Shown piece by piece: positions 41,101 through 54,998 of a stretch of DNA of 64,000 nt; within the stretch, counting starts at the first letter, position 1, and each line of letters opens with the position of its first letter. The translations under genes were made by a program, and so were the position numbers. A model generated the notes under the pieces. The model was not told the DNA's origin, did no database searches, and worked only from the letters and a program-made list of their open reading frames with translations. Source of the DNA: Octopus vulgaris (Eukaryota); assembly GCA_951406725.2 (NCBI GenBank), contig OX597827.1:9734001-9798000 (forward strand), in the 5' to 3' direction.

Positions 41101-41526
41101 ACAGCAACAACATCTACTTCACATTTTAAGATCATAGGGTATAATTCAATAGAATTTGGTTGCCATTTCTGGAAGGCCTCTTTAACATTGCTTTTGCTGT
41201 TGTTGCTTTAGCATCAAATCATGTCAGATGGGCAACATAAACATAACATGCAAGCAGGTATTGTAGGTACATCACATTCACTAATCGTTCAAAGTACCTA
41301 TGTACTTATGAACAGATATAAACAAATTCTCAATCCCTCTAATTTAAACAACCAGAACATCTAAGATGTGACATAGAGAGGGAAAGAGGTCTCCACAAAT
41401 ACCATATTTCATTACAAATAAGGCATACATTTTTCCTCACAAATGCCCCTTAAAATCACTCAGGATTGTATTTGCAAAGTTGGGCCACCCATAAGCTCTA
41501 ATGTACTAAAACCTTTTTATTCATAA

Positions 41527-41832
41527 CTAGCAGTATCGCCCGGCGTTGCTCGGGATTGTAAGGGAAATAACTATATAAGCATTTTTAGAGAGTTACTTCC
41601 CTTATATAACCCGAGTAAAAATCATTAAAAATGCAGAAAAATTATGGTAAATTTTTTTAAAATCGTAGACTCAAAGTAGACGTGCGCTAATACCCAGAAG
41701 AGCTCGATATGAATGACGACTATAAGATACCCGGTTTTGGTTAAACTGCACCGCAAGATGTGGGAGTAGTTAGGAATCTAAATCGGAGGAGACAGAGTCT
41801 CACACACACAAATTGAATTTTATATATAAAGA
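41527..41832 (-). mobile_element. Non-autonomous Helitron
   Basis: Minus strand A|TCTTTATATATAAA ... CCCGAGCAACGCCGGG ... CTAG|T; 3' end shared with the 28028 copy. Confidence 0.8.
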
Positions 41833-42211
41833 TATGAAGTCTTACAAAAGTTGACTTTGTCGTTCATCCTTTTGAGGTTGATAAACTCTGTACTAGTTGA
41901 GCTGTACTGGGGTCAAAGCAATTGACTTACCATCTCCCCTAAAATTACTGGCCTTGTGTCGAAATGAGAAACCAATATGCATTGCTGAAGTTGGGCTGTG
42001 TCTAATATGCTCATATATCTTTTTCATGCCATTAGATATGGTACATGGAAGATACTCATTTTCTGTTAAGCAGACTGGAGTAAAGTGCTTTGCTCATGAA
42101 CATAGAATAATACTTAGTCCAGGAATTGAACCCATAACCTCATATCTTGTGCCCAACACCCAGACCACAAGGCCATGCATCTCCATCTTCACCAAGTGTG
42201 ATGAAGTTGAC

Positions 42212-42260
42212 CTGTTATCAAATGTTTTCCATGTAGAATCCGTCTGCCTTTTAGGAATCT
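42212..42260 (-). CDS. Candidate 49-nt exon (EIPKRQTDSTWKTFDNR)
   Basis: tgttgttacag acceptor; phase 1 start fits the 50840 exon and phase 2 end (AG|GTCAAC) fits the 35529 exon; the donor is mediocre. Confidence 0.35.
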
Positions 42261-42696
42261 CTGTAACAACAGTATTCAATACAACATTCGTATATTCTTA
42301 TTTTTCTATAAAAGGTAGGGTGCGATTTCTGAAAGATTTAGCTGTTATTTTTAGCTGTCATTCTAATGTAAAAAGGTATGTTAACAACTGTTAGGAGTTT
42401 TCCCAAAGACAGTAGATGTGTTGAGCAGAAAAAACACGAATAAGAATAGAAACACAAAAATCAATGAAGTATCCTGTACATGATTGGTGTGTGTTTTTAT
42501 AAAGTGGCATGCAGTGTCAACAGAAAAGTAATTTCACTGTAAATTATTACAATGCTATATCAAAATTTTGAAGAATTTCTTATTGAATATTGGAATGTCT
42601 TAGTTTCAATGTGTGTACATATACTTCTGAGCAAATGGAGATTTTTCACTTTCACATAGAAGTGAACAGAAATATATGAGTGTGTGAGAATCATTG

Positions 42697-42890
42697 TGTA
42701 TGTATGTATGTATGTATGTATGTATGTATGTATGTATGTATGTATGTATGTATGTATGTATGTATGTATGTATGTATGTATGTATGTATGTATGTATGTA
42801 TGTATGTATGCATGTATGTATGTATGTATGTATATATGTATGTATGTATGTATTACTGCATGCCTGTATGTATGTATGCATGTATGTATG
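42697..42890. repeat. (TATG)n microsatellite
   Basis: Directly visible. Confidence 0.95.
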
Positions 42891-43025
42891 TATATATATG
42901 TATGCATGTTTATATATATGTATATATATATATATATAGTCAATTCAACCAACAAACAATTCAAAAAATGAATGAAAATTAAATAAATACATGCACACAC
43001 ACACATATACACCCACCCACACACA

Positions 43026-43094
<69 letters not shown>

Positions 43095-43462
43095 CACATA
43101 AATACATGTACATATATATAACTCATGAGTGTATGTATGTATATATATGTGTGTGTGTGTGTGTGTATATATGTATATACAAAACATATATATTATATGT
43201 ATTCATGCACACACATATAACTATACATATACACATAAACACAGGTATATCTTATCAGCAATTTATCTGTAAAATATTTATATGAGCCACAGTTACCAGC
43301 ATTAAGATAGAATCTTCTAGAAAAAAAAAATCACACAAGTTAAAAGAAGAAAAAAAACAATAGATATTACTGCTATTAAAAACAGAAAAAACACTATCTC
43401 TGTCAGTATTGTTTACAGGAGAGGCATGTTATCGATATTGCTAGAGTTTATTCTTCATTTAC

Positions 43463-43522
43463 CTGGTGCATAACAGACAAATATCGTTTCAAGTGGTTTA
43501 AAATACTGTGGCAGTCAAAGGA
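43463..43522 (-). CDS. Candidate 60-nt exon (SFDCHSILNHLKRYLSVMHQ)
   Basis: ctcacctttag acceptor, CAG|GTAAAT donor, open only in phase 0-0; does not fit the preferred chain. Confidence 0.25.
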
Positions 43523-43685
43523 CTAAAGGTGAGTGTGTATTAAAAAAATATTACTTCAAATATACCTTATGAATGTTGGTTTAACATTTTGGTGCAGGGA
43601 GAGCTATTTCAAAAGAATGGGTTGGTCAATTACATCGACCCCAGTGATCAACTGGTATTTATATTATCAACTTATTTATGATATA

Positions 43686-43853
43686 GGCGTAGGAGTGGCT
43701 GTGTGGTAAGTAGCTTGCTTACCAACCACATGGTTCTGGGTTTAGTCCCACTGTGTGGCACCTTCTACTAATGTCTTCTACTATAGCCTCGGGGCAACAA
43801 AAGCCTTGTGAGTGGAATTGATAGACCTAAACTGAAAGAAGCCTGTCATATAT

Positions 43854-43891
<38 letters not shown>

Positions 43892-43897
43892 TTTTTT

Positions 43898-43969
<72 letters not shown>

Positions 43970-44208
43970 ATATATATATGCATGTGTGTGTATATGTTTG
44001 TGTGTCTATGTTTGTCCCCCCAACATTGCTTGACAACCGATGCTGGTGTGTTTATGTCCCCGTAACTTAGCGGTTCGGCAAAAGAGACCGATAAAATAAG
44101 CACTAGGCTTACAAAGAATAAGTCCTGCCGTTGATTTGCTCGACTACAGGTGGTGCTCCAGCATGGCCACTGTCAAATGACTGACACAAGTAAGAGAGTA
44201 AAAGAGTA
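43686..44208 (+). mobile_element. SINE family A with expanded internal microsatellite
   Basis: Family match. Confidence 0.9.
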
Positions 44209-44413
44209 ACTCCAAAGCTGACTTTGGTAGAATGTAAAATCAAGATGTAAAGATGGAGGAAATGTCACTCAGCATTTTGCCTGGGATGCCAATGATTCTG
44301 CCAGCTCATTACCTCAATATACCATATAAATATAACCTTCATTCCTTTTAAATTAATATGGCAAGACTGTGTTCATTTATATGTAACTATTATCAATATA
44401 TCCTGAAAGGTAA

Positions 44414-44790
44414 GGGAGCAAGCTGGCAGAATCATTAGCATATCAGTCAAAATGCTTAGTGATATTTTGTCCATCCTTAAATCCTTAAATCCTTAAAAAT
44501 GTTTTAGCCCGAAGGCCACGGCCATGCTGGGGCACCACCGCTGGAAAAAAATTACCTTACGCCCGCAGAGGGACATGAACCTGCGACCCTCAGATTAAAA
44601 GTCTGATGCTCTACCGACTGAGCTATGCAGGCGGGCCATCTTTATGTTTTGTGTTCAAATTCTACCGAGGTCAACTTTGCTTTTCATCCTTTCAGGATTG
44701 ATAAAATAAATATCAGTGGAGCACTGTGGTTGATGTAATTGACTTCCCCTTCCCCTGAAATTGCTGGCCTTGTGCCAAAATTTGAAACAA
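44414..44790 (+). mobile_element. Old SINE B-type copy hosting the tRNA-Lys insertion
   Basis: agctggcagaatcattagca...ttttgtccatc [insert] ccatctttatgttttgtgttcaaattctaccgaggtcaactttgc. Confidence 0.75.
44560..44632 (-). tRNA. tRNA-Lys(UUU) sequence, probably a retroposed pseudogene or SINE head
   Basis: GCCTGCATAGCTCAGTCGGTAGAGCATCAGACTTTTAATCTGAGGGTCGCAGGTTCATGTCCCTCTGCGGGCG (73 nt); acceptor, D and anticodon arms pair; the T stem has 2 mismatches. Confidence 0.85.
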
Positions 44791-45112
44791 GTATATTCTG
44801 AAAGGTGTTGGGCAGGCAGAATCATTAACACACTGGACAAAATGCATAACAGCATTTGTATGGCTTTAGGTTCACAGTTGAAATGCCACCAAGGTTGACT
44901 TTACCATTCATCCTTTTGGGGTTGATAAAATAAGTACCAGTAGGTACTGATGTAATCGACTTACCTACCCACCAAAAAAAAAAAAAATATATTGTTAGCT
45001 TGGTGATAAATTTGAAGCAATTATTAATATATTCTGTATTTCATTATTCTAAGTCAAACCAACTGAAGTGAATATTCTTTGATGAGAAGACCTAAAGTGA
45101 TTGAAACATATA

Positions 45113-45337
45113 TACTCATTTACTCTTTTACTTGTTTCAACCATTTGACTGCGTCCATGCTACAGCACCACCTTTAGTCGAGCAAATCGACCCAGGACTT
45201 ATTCTTTGTAAGCCTAGTACTTATTCTATCGGTCTCTTATGCCAAACTGCTAAGTTACAGGGACATAAACACATCAGCATCGGTTGTCAATTGATGTTGG
45301 GGCGGGGGGACAAACACAGACACACAAATATATAAAA

Positions 45338-45387
<50 letters not shown>

Positions 45388-45548
45388 GACAGGCTTCTTT
45401 CAGTTTCCGTCTACCAGATCCACTCACAAGGATTTGGTTGGCCCGAGGCTATAGTAGAAGACACTTGCGCAAGGTGCCATGCAGTGGGACTGAACCTGGA
45501 ACTATGTGGTTGGTAAGCAAGCTACTTACCACATAGCCACTCCTTGCC
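45113..45548 (-). mobile_element. SINE family A
   Basis: Family match. Confidence 0.9.
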
Positions 45549-46474
45549 CCCAATTTTTTTTTTTTAATTTTTAAAATTCAATGATGAAGAACATGATGAT
45601 GATGTTGATGTTGACAATAGCAATGATGATTTGACTTGTATTCAACATGACATTGAAGAAAAATGAGTAAAAAACATTAAATAAGCACATGACTCAGTAC
45701 CATCCTAGTAGTGGCATTCCAGGTTATGTAAAAGAGAAATTTTATGTGAACATGCCACATGTGAAAGTTTTCCAATTATTGACTTGTGAATCATTGGTAT
45801 AGACAATATCAAAAGAAGTTTGCAAATCTTATTAAAAAAAAGGTATAATACAGTAATATATTGTTATTGTTGCTGTATTATCATATTATCAAAGACCATT
45901 TAACTATAACCTCAGGTTAGACACAGGATTAAATATTTTCTGTTATCATCTCATTTTGTATTTTCAGAATTGCATGTTCTAATGTGTCCTATTATTATAA
46001 GATGCTAGAGTATGACTTGATGAAGAATTGGCTACTATGTCTAGCAAGCCTGGCAACCAAAAAGAGGCTTCCACTATGGTTCAAAATATATCCCTATTAC
46101 ATGCATTACATGCATTCTTGAGACTTAATTGTATATAGAAAATAACTTCAACAAAAGTGATTAGTATATATGTATATGTATATATATATAGACATCATGG
46201 ATTTTTTTTAGTTGTCTTCATAAAAAATGGACAGAGCAGGTGTCTTTAACTCTCCCTCACTGATATTTGATATTTAGAAAATTTTAATTGGCAATACAAT
46301 AAATGAATAAAAATCATAGGTCATAAGTTTAAATGGAAATACAAAAGTCAAGAGTTAAAAGGATATGCATACAAATATGTGCCTCTATATTTATGTGTAT
46401 GTGTGTATGCGTGTATGTAAGTATATATGTATGCATACATACATATATATATATATATACATACATACATACAT

Positions 46475-46541
<67 letters not shown>

Positions 46542-47593
46542 CTTTTATTCCCTTTCTGTGTTACTCATGAAATAAATGTGAAAAAAGCTTTTGCAAATAA
46601 TATGAAAAATATATTTAATCATCTCATCAGGAAAACCTTAAATAAAATTCTACAATTTAATTGGAAAACTATATTTTCAGTCAACTTGATCAGAAGACTT
46701 TCAACAGTAAGATAAAACAAGAGCCTCTCATAAAAATTGGAATGGCTTCTTATTGTATATGTACATGTGCATGCATGCATGTACATATTGTGCATAGGTG
46801 TATATATATGTAATTATACACTTATATGCATATAAAATTCATAAATGCACACACACACACACACATGCATACATGCAAAGATGAATGCATGTATACATGT
46901 GTGTGTGTGTTTGCGTATTTACACACACACATATTTTATTTCATTGCAAGTTCCATAACGAAAAAGTAAAACCCTTGTAAGATTTTAATAATCAGTATCA
47001 ATTAACAAGTATTTTTGTTTTTTTCTTGTTTTGCATTGTATTACGTGTTTTTTTTTTTGTTGAATTCAAATTTCTCAAAGATGAAAATCCACTGTTTAAA
47101 TCAAATGAAATAAAATAATTTCATTCATGATCATGAATAGAATAGAATAGAGGAGAAGAGAAGTTAAAGAATAGAATAGATTGGAATTAAATAAAATAGA
47201 GTTGAATTGATGTGAATAGAATAAAATAGATCTGATATTTGTTTGTTGATAATAAAACAATATTGTGTCTTTAGAAGTGGTAAGAAACGAAAGAGCATAA
47301 GTGCAATAAACTCTGTAGTTTTTATTGTTTCATTTAGAAAAATAATTAATAATATGTATATGAAATAGGGTGGTTGGTAAGAAGCATGGCACAAGAATGT
47401 ATTACAGTATTTTAGATGTTTCTCTTTAAATTTGGAGTTCAAATTACTCTGAGGTTCACTTCCACTTTCACTTCCACTTTTACTTCCACTTTCATCCTTT
47501 TCATAGGCAGGGGTGAATAAAGTATTAACATGTCAAGTATTGTCTGTCTATATAACTGAATAATCAAATCATGCTCAAATTTGTAACTATTTG

Positions 47594-47822
47594 TTAACCC
47601 TTTAGTGTTCAGATTATTCTGTCAAATGTGATGTTTGTTTATTTAAAATGGTTTGAATTAATTATGCATTATCTTCTAGTTTAGATATTTCGGTGATGTG
47701 ATTTTTTTAGTTTTAGAATGACATGGTAGGGCTGAGGTAAGAGGCCAGATCTGGTCAGTTTCAATATAAAACAGGTTAAATATTTTGGCCAGATATGGCT
47801 AGTTTGAATGCTAAAGGGTTAA
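47594..47822. mobile_element. TTAA-flanked piggyBac-like MITE
   Basis: TTAA ccctttagtgttcaga ... tttgaatgctaaaggg TTAA. Confidence 0.8.
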
Positions 47823-47879
47823 TGCTGGAAATCATTGTTTAGTCATATCCTTTTACATTCTGAGTTCAAATCCCACCAA

Positions 47880-48165
47880 GGCCACCGCTGCTTCTCCATA
47901 GTACATCATGCAATGAGCGTTCCCCAACTTGCACAGTTGCAAAACCTGTCATGAACCTATTTCCAGTGCAGATCCATGCCTGCCAGATCCTCCTTCAGAG
48001 TCTTCAACCAGATCTTAACAAGGCTGCCTCAGTTCCTATGTTTCCTTTCTACTTTTCACTCAAGAAAGGCTCTCACTATAGTCTCCTCAAATATCAAATG
48101 GCTGCCTACCTTTTACCATCTCAAGGTGAAAGAAACTCAGCCATATATCCTGGTTATATATATAG
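47880..48165 (-). mobile_element. Degenerate 3' fragment of an RTE-like LINE
   Basis: Minus-strand translation KIWLKTLKEDLAGMDLHW...W resembles RTE ORF C-termini. Confidence 0.5.
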
Positions 48166-48421
48166 CTGAATTATAAGTTATATTCATTTGAATAATTGTG
48201 CTGCTTCATGTAAATATTAAAGACATTTGTGAATTGGGAACGTTTTATGAATCTGTATTCAAGTGTAAATATCAGTATATGAATATTTTCTAGATCACCA
48301 TAGATTTGAGGAAATTTATGAATCTTTTGCTGGTCATTATACAACATGTATATTTTACACATTACTTACACATATATCAGTATTTAGCCACAGATTTTAT
48401 TGCTCATTAAATTCATTTGTA

Positions 48422-48424
<3 letters not shown>

Positions 48425-48477
<53 letters not shown>

Positions 48478-48482
48478 GTATA

Positions 48483-48563
<81 letters not shown>

Positions 48564-48953
48564 GCATTAAAAGGCCTCCAAATAAAGAAGTGAGCGCTAG
48601 ATACACAAAAAGGGGACAAATTCATGAAATGGAATGAATAATTTATTTTTATTACCCTATTTACTATGTTTAAATATATATAAATATATATATATATATG
48701 TGTGTGTATATGTACATATATATATATATATAGCATATATATATATATACATATATACATATATATGTATATATATATGTATGTATATATATATATATAT
48801 GTTTATATATATATATATGCATATATACATATGTATGTATATATATGCATATATACATACATATATATATATATACATATATACATATATATGTGTGTAT
48901 GTATGTGTATATATGTATTTATATATAAATATATATACGTGTGTGTATATGTG

Positions 48954-48997
<44 letters not shown>

Positions 48998-49000
48998 CAC
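48425..49000. repeat. (TA)n-rich microsatellite tracts
   Basis: Directly visible. Confidence 0.95.
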
Positions 49001-50839
49001 AACACACACATAGCTCGATGCATATCTACATATATGTATGCCCATGTGAGTTGGGTGGATTGTGGATGGATGGGTTCAGGTGTGTGTGTGCATGTGCGTG
49101 AATGATGGGGTTCTGCAGGGATTCTGTCTATCAAACTCCACTCACATACATTGGTTAACTAATGCAACAATAGAAAGGCATTTGCTCAAAGAACCTCACA
49201 GTGGACTCATAATAGAACAATAGGGTTACAGAACCGACTTTCAGAATTACGCAGTCACAGACAGTCATTCCTGTACCTATAATGTGAGGCAGTACAAAAT
49301 AACAATGACCGATACCATTACAGTTATTATTCCATTTACTCTCCAATCATTGTCATACCATCTGGTTGTTTCTTATATAGAAACTACAAGCTTCCGTTTG
49401 CACAGTTTTGGTAATGGTTAATAATACCCTATATCTTAATGGTATTTCGGTTGCATAATGTTTTGTAGCATTGGTACAATGTCATAATTTGTGGCTTATT
49501 TATTAGTTTTTTTTTTTTTTGGTTTAGCAAGAGGTTGGCTTGTTGATTAAATTGACACCTGTAATTTCATTGTTACCTGGTTTCTATTTTATAATGCAAA
49601 TATATAATGTTCAGGTAATGAATGAAAAAACCACAGCTCTTGAATAATATTGAACCTGGTTGTTTATAATGTAATACTGACAGTTCATTGGAATGTCAAA
49701 TTCTGCAGTAAATTGGAGGTGAATTTCATTTATTTAGTGTACATGTATTTTATGGAATCCTGTGGCACCATATGTAAACATACATTTATATTCATTATAT
49801 TCATCTATTTAAATACATTATTCTAGAAAAGAAGAGAAAAAGAAGAAATGTGTTTAACACAATGTAAGGTGTTAGAAAGTTTTTAAAAAATTGTTAGCAG
49901 CAAAGACAAAATGTCTCTGCATCTATATTTACCAAAGAAGATGTGTTATTGCTGTTATGGCTTTGTGTAAACATTTTTTTTTTTTTTGTAGAGGTACACA
50001 AGAGACAATTTGTCTTCCTTGAAACATAAAAAATAGATTGGACAGAATATTTCTTCTATGATGAAAAGAGAGAGAAAGTGAGAGAGAGGGGAGAGAGAGA
50101 AACAGAGAGAGGGAAGAGCGAAAGAGAGAGAGAGTTAAGGAGAGATGGGAGAAAAAGAGAGAGACGCATGTCTATGTTTCCTCTGTATCTACCAAAGAAA
50201 ATAAATCGTCTCACTTAAGTTCTCATATACATTCAAGAAAAATAATTGTTAACATTATCTATAAATTATTCCATAGAAGTATGAATGTATTAGGCTTGGA
50301 ATTGTTTTCTGTTATTGTCAGGCTCAATATTACTGTATAAGCACGCATATCTTTGAACTAGAATGAAAGTCCATGAGATTTATATATTTCTAACACCATG
50401 TTCCAATGTTCTTAGACATAAAAACTCTATTGAGTATAGTTATATGGAAGTCTACCTTAACATTTAGATATCCACCCACCTGAGATTACTTCTGGCTCCA
50501 GTATACAAAGCCTCTAAATTTGAAGTTCTTGTATTTAAATGAAAACTTTTTCTCATAAGTTTATCCAAGAACCTTATTCTAATATTATATTCCAAATACC
50601 AGCTCAATGTAAAAGTATGTTATTCTCTTTGGTCCCCTTAAAATTCTTGCTTACTTTCAATATTGTCTTTAAAATGTAGACTGTATATTTCAACAGAACT
50701 ATCATTGCAGAATTGCTACGTGTAAATTAAATGCAGACACCGCATTTGAATGTATGTAGTTATTGAACTTAAATTAGGAAACAAAACTAAAAAATAAAAA
50801 ACATAATTATTTGGTAATAAATAGTCTTTTCATACATAC

Positions 50840-50981
50840 CTGGTAGTGTTTCATAAAAGCCTTCTTTTTGACCATGTCGTTTAATATCAATAGGTGATAA
50901 TGTGGACTTCTTATTAAAATGACTTGGTTCACAACTTGTAATTTCTTTGTCTTTCCAGCTGTCTGACATTTCCATTTCTTT
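50840..50981 (-). CDS. Candidate 142-nt exon (KEMEMSDSWKDKE...EGFYETLP)
   Basis: tcttcag acceptor, CAG|GTATGT donor; phase 0-1, in frame with the 51949 exon. Confidence 0.6.
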
Positions 50982-51212
50982 CTGAAGACATGGCTTTTTG
51001 TGCCATAAAGAAAACAACAATTAATAATAAAAAAATATATATATATGTATATATATAAAGATAATAACATAAAATAGCAAAGTATCTGCAATATTTTATT
51101 TAATTCTCAGAAGTATGTACATATTTAGATATATCTATTATGTAAGTCTGTGGAAATATCTTGGAATAATTATATTTAAGCCTATGCATCTAGTGAAATG
51201 TCTACTTATATA

Positions 51213-51260
<48 letters not shown>

Positions 51261-51948
51261 AATAAAAATTATATATAAAGAAACAAGAACGTGAAATACA
51301 CAAAGGGACGAACACAGAAAACAGACGGGTCATTGGAAGCCTTTAATCTTCAGTCAGAAACCGGATCATCATAGCAAATTTCGGCTGATTGATTCTGATA
51401 TTTGCTCCAACGCAGCCAGCCCCAAGGAAAAACTAAGCTGTGAGCATTAGATTTCTTGGAAAAAGGAACGAATGTAAACACAATAGGGACGAATATAAAT
51501 ACAAAAAAACGAAAACAAAAATTCCAGGTGAAATAAAACAAGAATGGTTAATAACAGGATAACAGCAGGTGTCTTACGACTTTATATTAAAAAGTTTACT
51601 CTCGTTTGACTGATCCTGACTGTGAATGTAAATGGAGAAACTAGCAGTATTTATAAGATCATTGGGACATTAGATGTATATAAGCTGATGGGTTTGTTAA
51701 TTGTAATTCATAATTTGAACTATAGAGAGGAATATGAATTAATGTTCATATATGTGTAAGCATGTGAAAATATATTCAGGTATATTTGTATTAAAGCTAA
51801 AGCATTCAACGAAATATTTAAGATAAGTTATATTTGAACTTCCACGGATCTATTAAAGGTCAGTTTTAAGGAAAGAAGACTATGAGTTAGATGGAAAATG
51901 TCACAGACAATTTTAATTTCTAATTTTATGTTGTTTTGGGTCTCTTAC

Positions 51949-52080
51949 ATCGCTCTTGTTTTTGAGAAATGCACAACTGTTTGGAATCTTATTACCTCTG
52001 AAGTCAATGAAGGATATACCATTTGATACATCAATCTGATCAGATAACAATAGAAAGGTTTTAACCATTGGTAGATACCA
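51949..52080 (-). CDS. Candidate 132-nt exon (WYLPMVKTFLLLSDQ...FLKNKSD)
   Basis: ccttttataatcag acceptor, GTAAGA donor, 44 open codons in phase 0-0. Confidence 0.6.
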
Positions 52081-52622
52081 CTGATTATAAAAGGTCTGAC
52101 AACTATCTATCACACTTGTTCAAGGAATAAAAAAAAGTATCATGTAAATTATAACCATCCAGTGATAAAGAATTAGGTGGTGAGTTGGCGAAATCATTAG
52201 CACATCCGATAAAATGTTTAGCATCATTTCTTCTGGCTCTTTACTCTCTGAGTTCAAATCCTGTTGAGGTCAACTTTGCCTTTTATCCCTTCAGGCTTTA
52301 TATAGCTATGGTGTGGCCTCACCTGGAATTTCCATCACCGGTCTGGAACCCTTATCTTGCCCATTAAAATCTATGCCAATGAGGAAGCTTCAATGTAACC
52401 ACTTGAAAAGCTAGAAATAACAACCAAATCTTTATTCAATCTACACACTGTGAACTGAAAAGGACACATTGGTTTATGCAGTTTAAAAAAAATCAAATGC
52501 ATAGTCATAGACTGAATGACCCTACTCATCAATCAGTTCAATCAGGGTTGACTTAGAAAAGCAACACTAACAAAAGTAACAACAACACTGACTCACAAAG
52601 AAGTTTTCCGTACATATGCTCT

Positions 52623-52900
52623 ATCATCATCATAATCATTGTTTAACGTCCGTTCTCCATGCTAGCATGGGTTGGACGGTTCGACCGGGGATCTGGGAAG
52701 CCAGAAGGCTGCACCAGGCTCCGGTCTTATCTGGCAAAGTTTCTACAGCTGGATGCCCTTCCTAACGCCAACCACTCCGAGAGTGTAGTGGGTGCTTTTT
52801 ACGTGCCACCTGCACTGGTGCCAGGCGAGGCTGGCATCGGCCACGGTCGGAATGGTGCATTTTACATGCCACCTGCACGGAAGCCAGTCGACGCGGCACT
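52623..52900 (-). mobile_element. Family D element
   Basis: Match to the 2437 and 32955 copies. Confidence 0.85.
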
Positions 52901-53029
52901 AGGGACAAATTAATGAAAACTTTTATCACTAACATATTAAGAACTCCTCTGAAATATTTGGGTTCATCTTTGTTGGAGGTAAAATTCTTTAGTCTTGAAC
53001 ATTATGATAGATCTTTTTAAAGGTCAAAA

Positions 53030-53244
53030 TACGAGGATCATTGAAAAGTTTCTAGCTTTAGATAAAAGCAAGTACTGGGAGATCAATTAATTAGGATTTT
53101 ATTTAACATATTCCCCTCTCAGGCATTTATTGTAGCAATCCTTCAGTTTTTCTAAGCCCTGGTAAAAGAACTCAGGAGGTTGAGCCTCTAACCAGACCTT
53201 TCTTAATACCCTTAAAGCTAGGAACTTTTCAGCACATCCTTGTA
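53030..53244. mobile_element. Mariner-type MITE
   Basis: TA cgaggatcattgaaaagtttctagcttt ... aaagctaggaacttttcagcacatccttg TA. Confidence 0.75.
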
Positions 53245-53325
53245 CATTATTTCTTGGAAGGCAGCTTCTCAAACCAAAGTCTTCAAACTTTTTTATTCGT
53301 GAGAGACCTTTTATATTGCATTATA

Positions 53326-53496
53326 GGCGTAGGAGTGGCTGTGTGGTATGTAGCTTGCTAACCAACCACATGGTTCCGGGTTCAGTCCCACTGCGTGACA
53401 TCTCGGGCAAGTGTCTTCTACTATAGCCCCGGGCCGACCAATGCCTTGTGAGTGGATTTGGTAGACGGAAACTGAAAGAAGCCTGTCGTATATATG

Positions 53497-53538
<42 letters not shown>

Positions 53539-53754
53539 TGTGTCTGTCTTTGTCCCCCTAGCATTGCTTGACAACCGATGCTGGTGTGTTTACGTCCCCA
53601 TCACTTAGCAGTTCGGCAAAAGAGACCGATAGAATAAGTACTGGGCTTACAAAGAATAAGTCCCGGGGTCGATTTGCTCGACTAAAAGGCGGTGCTCCAG
53701 CATGGCCGCAGTCAAATGACAGAAACAAATAAAAGAGTAAAGAGAGTAAAGAGT
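53326..53754 (+). mobile_element. SINE family A
   Basis: Full-length, CpG-rich (young) copy. Confidence 0.9.
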
Positions 53755-54857
53755 ATTAGGCATGTTACATTGCTTGAAGTAAGCAAATAAAATATTCCTT
53801 GCAGTACATATATTACCTTATGTTTGCACTAAGTTGATCGCAGGTATTATCTTTGCAGTGCAAGGCTACTGGGTGGTTTGAAAAGCATTTTAAGTAAGTT
53901 TTCAGGTTGGTTGGAGTGTGAAATAAAATTAATGAAGATTCTTGGTGGATAATTGATATAAACACATGCAACCATACACACATCCATAAATACATGCTTA
54001 CATGCTTGCATACCTGCATTTAAGCACTCATACACACACACACACACACACACACATACATATACATACACTAATATTCAGAAATTTATACGCATGCACA
54101 CATATTTTATATGATTAATTTTTAATGTATGCACGAGCATATGTGAGTACAGGAATGTCTTTGATGCATATATATAAATGTATGTATATTCACATAGTTG
54201 TGTGAATGTCTCCTTGTGTATGTAAATCTCTATGCCTCAGCCTGCATAATTATAGGTATACCTAATATCATTAATATTTATTTCATATTCTATAAAATCT
54301 AATTCAAAAATCTATGTGAAATATAATTATCTTTGCATTCATACAACAATAATCTAGTTAAAATGAATAGATAACTTTTTTAAAAGTCTTATAGATTTTT
54401 ACATCTTCAGCTAATAGTGTATGGCTACAAAATTAAGTTAATTAGCTATGTGAATTATTATTATTTGTTTAATTATTTTATCTTATCGAAAATGAGGATA
54501 AAATCAGGAAATGAATAACTCTATGTATATAGTTAAAGCCAAATTAGAAGTACTGTATTAATTGCCCTTAACTGCTCATATTTTCCATTCATTTCTATAG
54601 TTATATTTAAATCAAGGCGGGGAAAACAAGTTTTTGTATTTCAAAGAATTTAATACACGGTTTACACTAAACCTAATATTACGTTTTTACTTCTTTTCTT
54701 CAGAATATTTGATTAGTAGTAATTGTTTTGTGTGTGTGGTTTAGAAGTTTCATATGGTTTCAGGTTCAGTCCCATAGCTTGGTATTATGAATTAATGCTT
54801 TCTAATCTTGCCACAGGCTGAGTTTGAATAGAATCTTACAGTCAGAAATTTGCAGAA

Positions 54858-54893
<36 letters not shown>

Positions 54894-54945
54894 TATATAT
54901 GATGATAATGATGATATATATATATCATATATATGATGATAATGA

Positions 54946-54981
<36 letters not shown>

Positions 54982-54998
54982 TATATATGATGATAATG

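Noticed and set aside
41897-42394. 165-aa plus-strand ORF
   Set aside because: Non-ATG start and runs through two degenerate SINE fragments
44560-44632. Functional tRNA-Lys gene
   Set aside because: Two T-stem mismatches, a TSD and a retroposon tail point to a retrocopy
45580-45666. Acidic mini-ORF (NDEEHDDDVDVD...)
   Set aside because: Derived from (GAT)n-like sequence; no splice support
50840-52080. Dual coding (the +1 frame is also open here and at 35.2-35.5 and 25.1-25.3 kb)
   Set aside because: Open +1 frames are common over short hydrophilic exons, and no continuous start-to-stop chain was shown; the correct frame still needs cDNA
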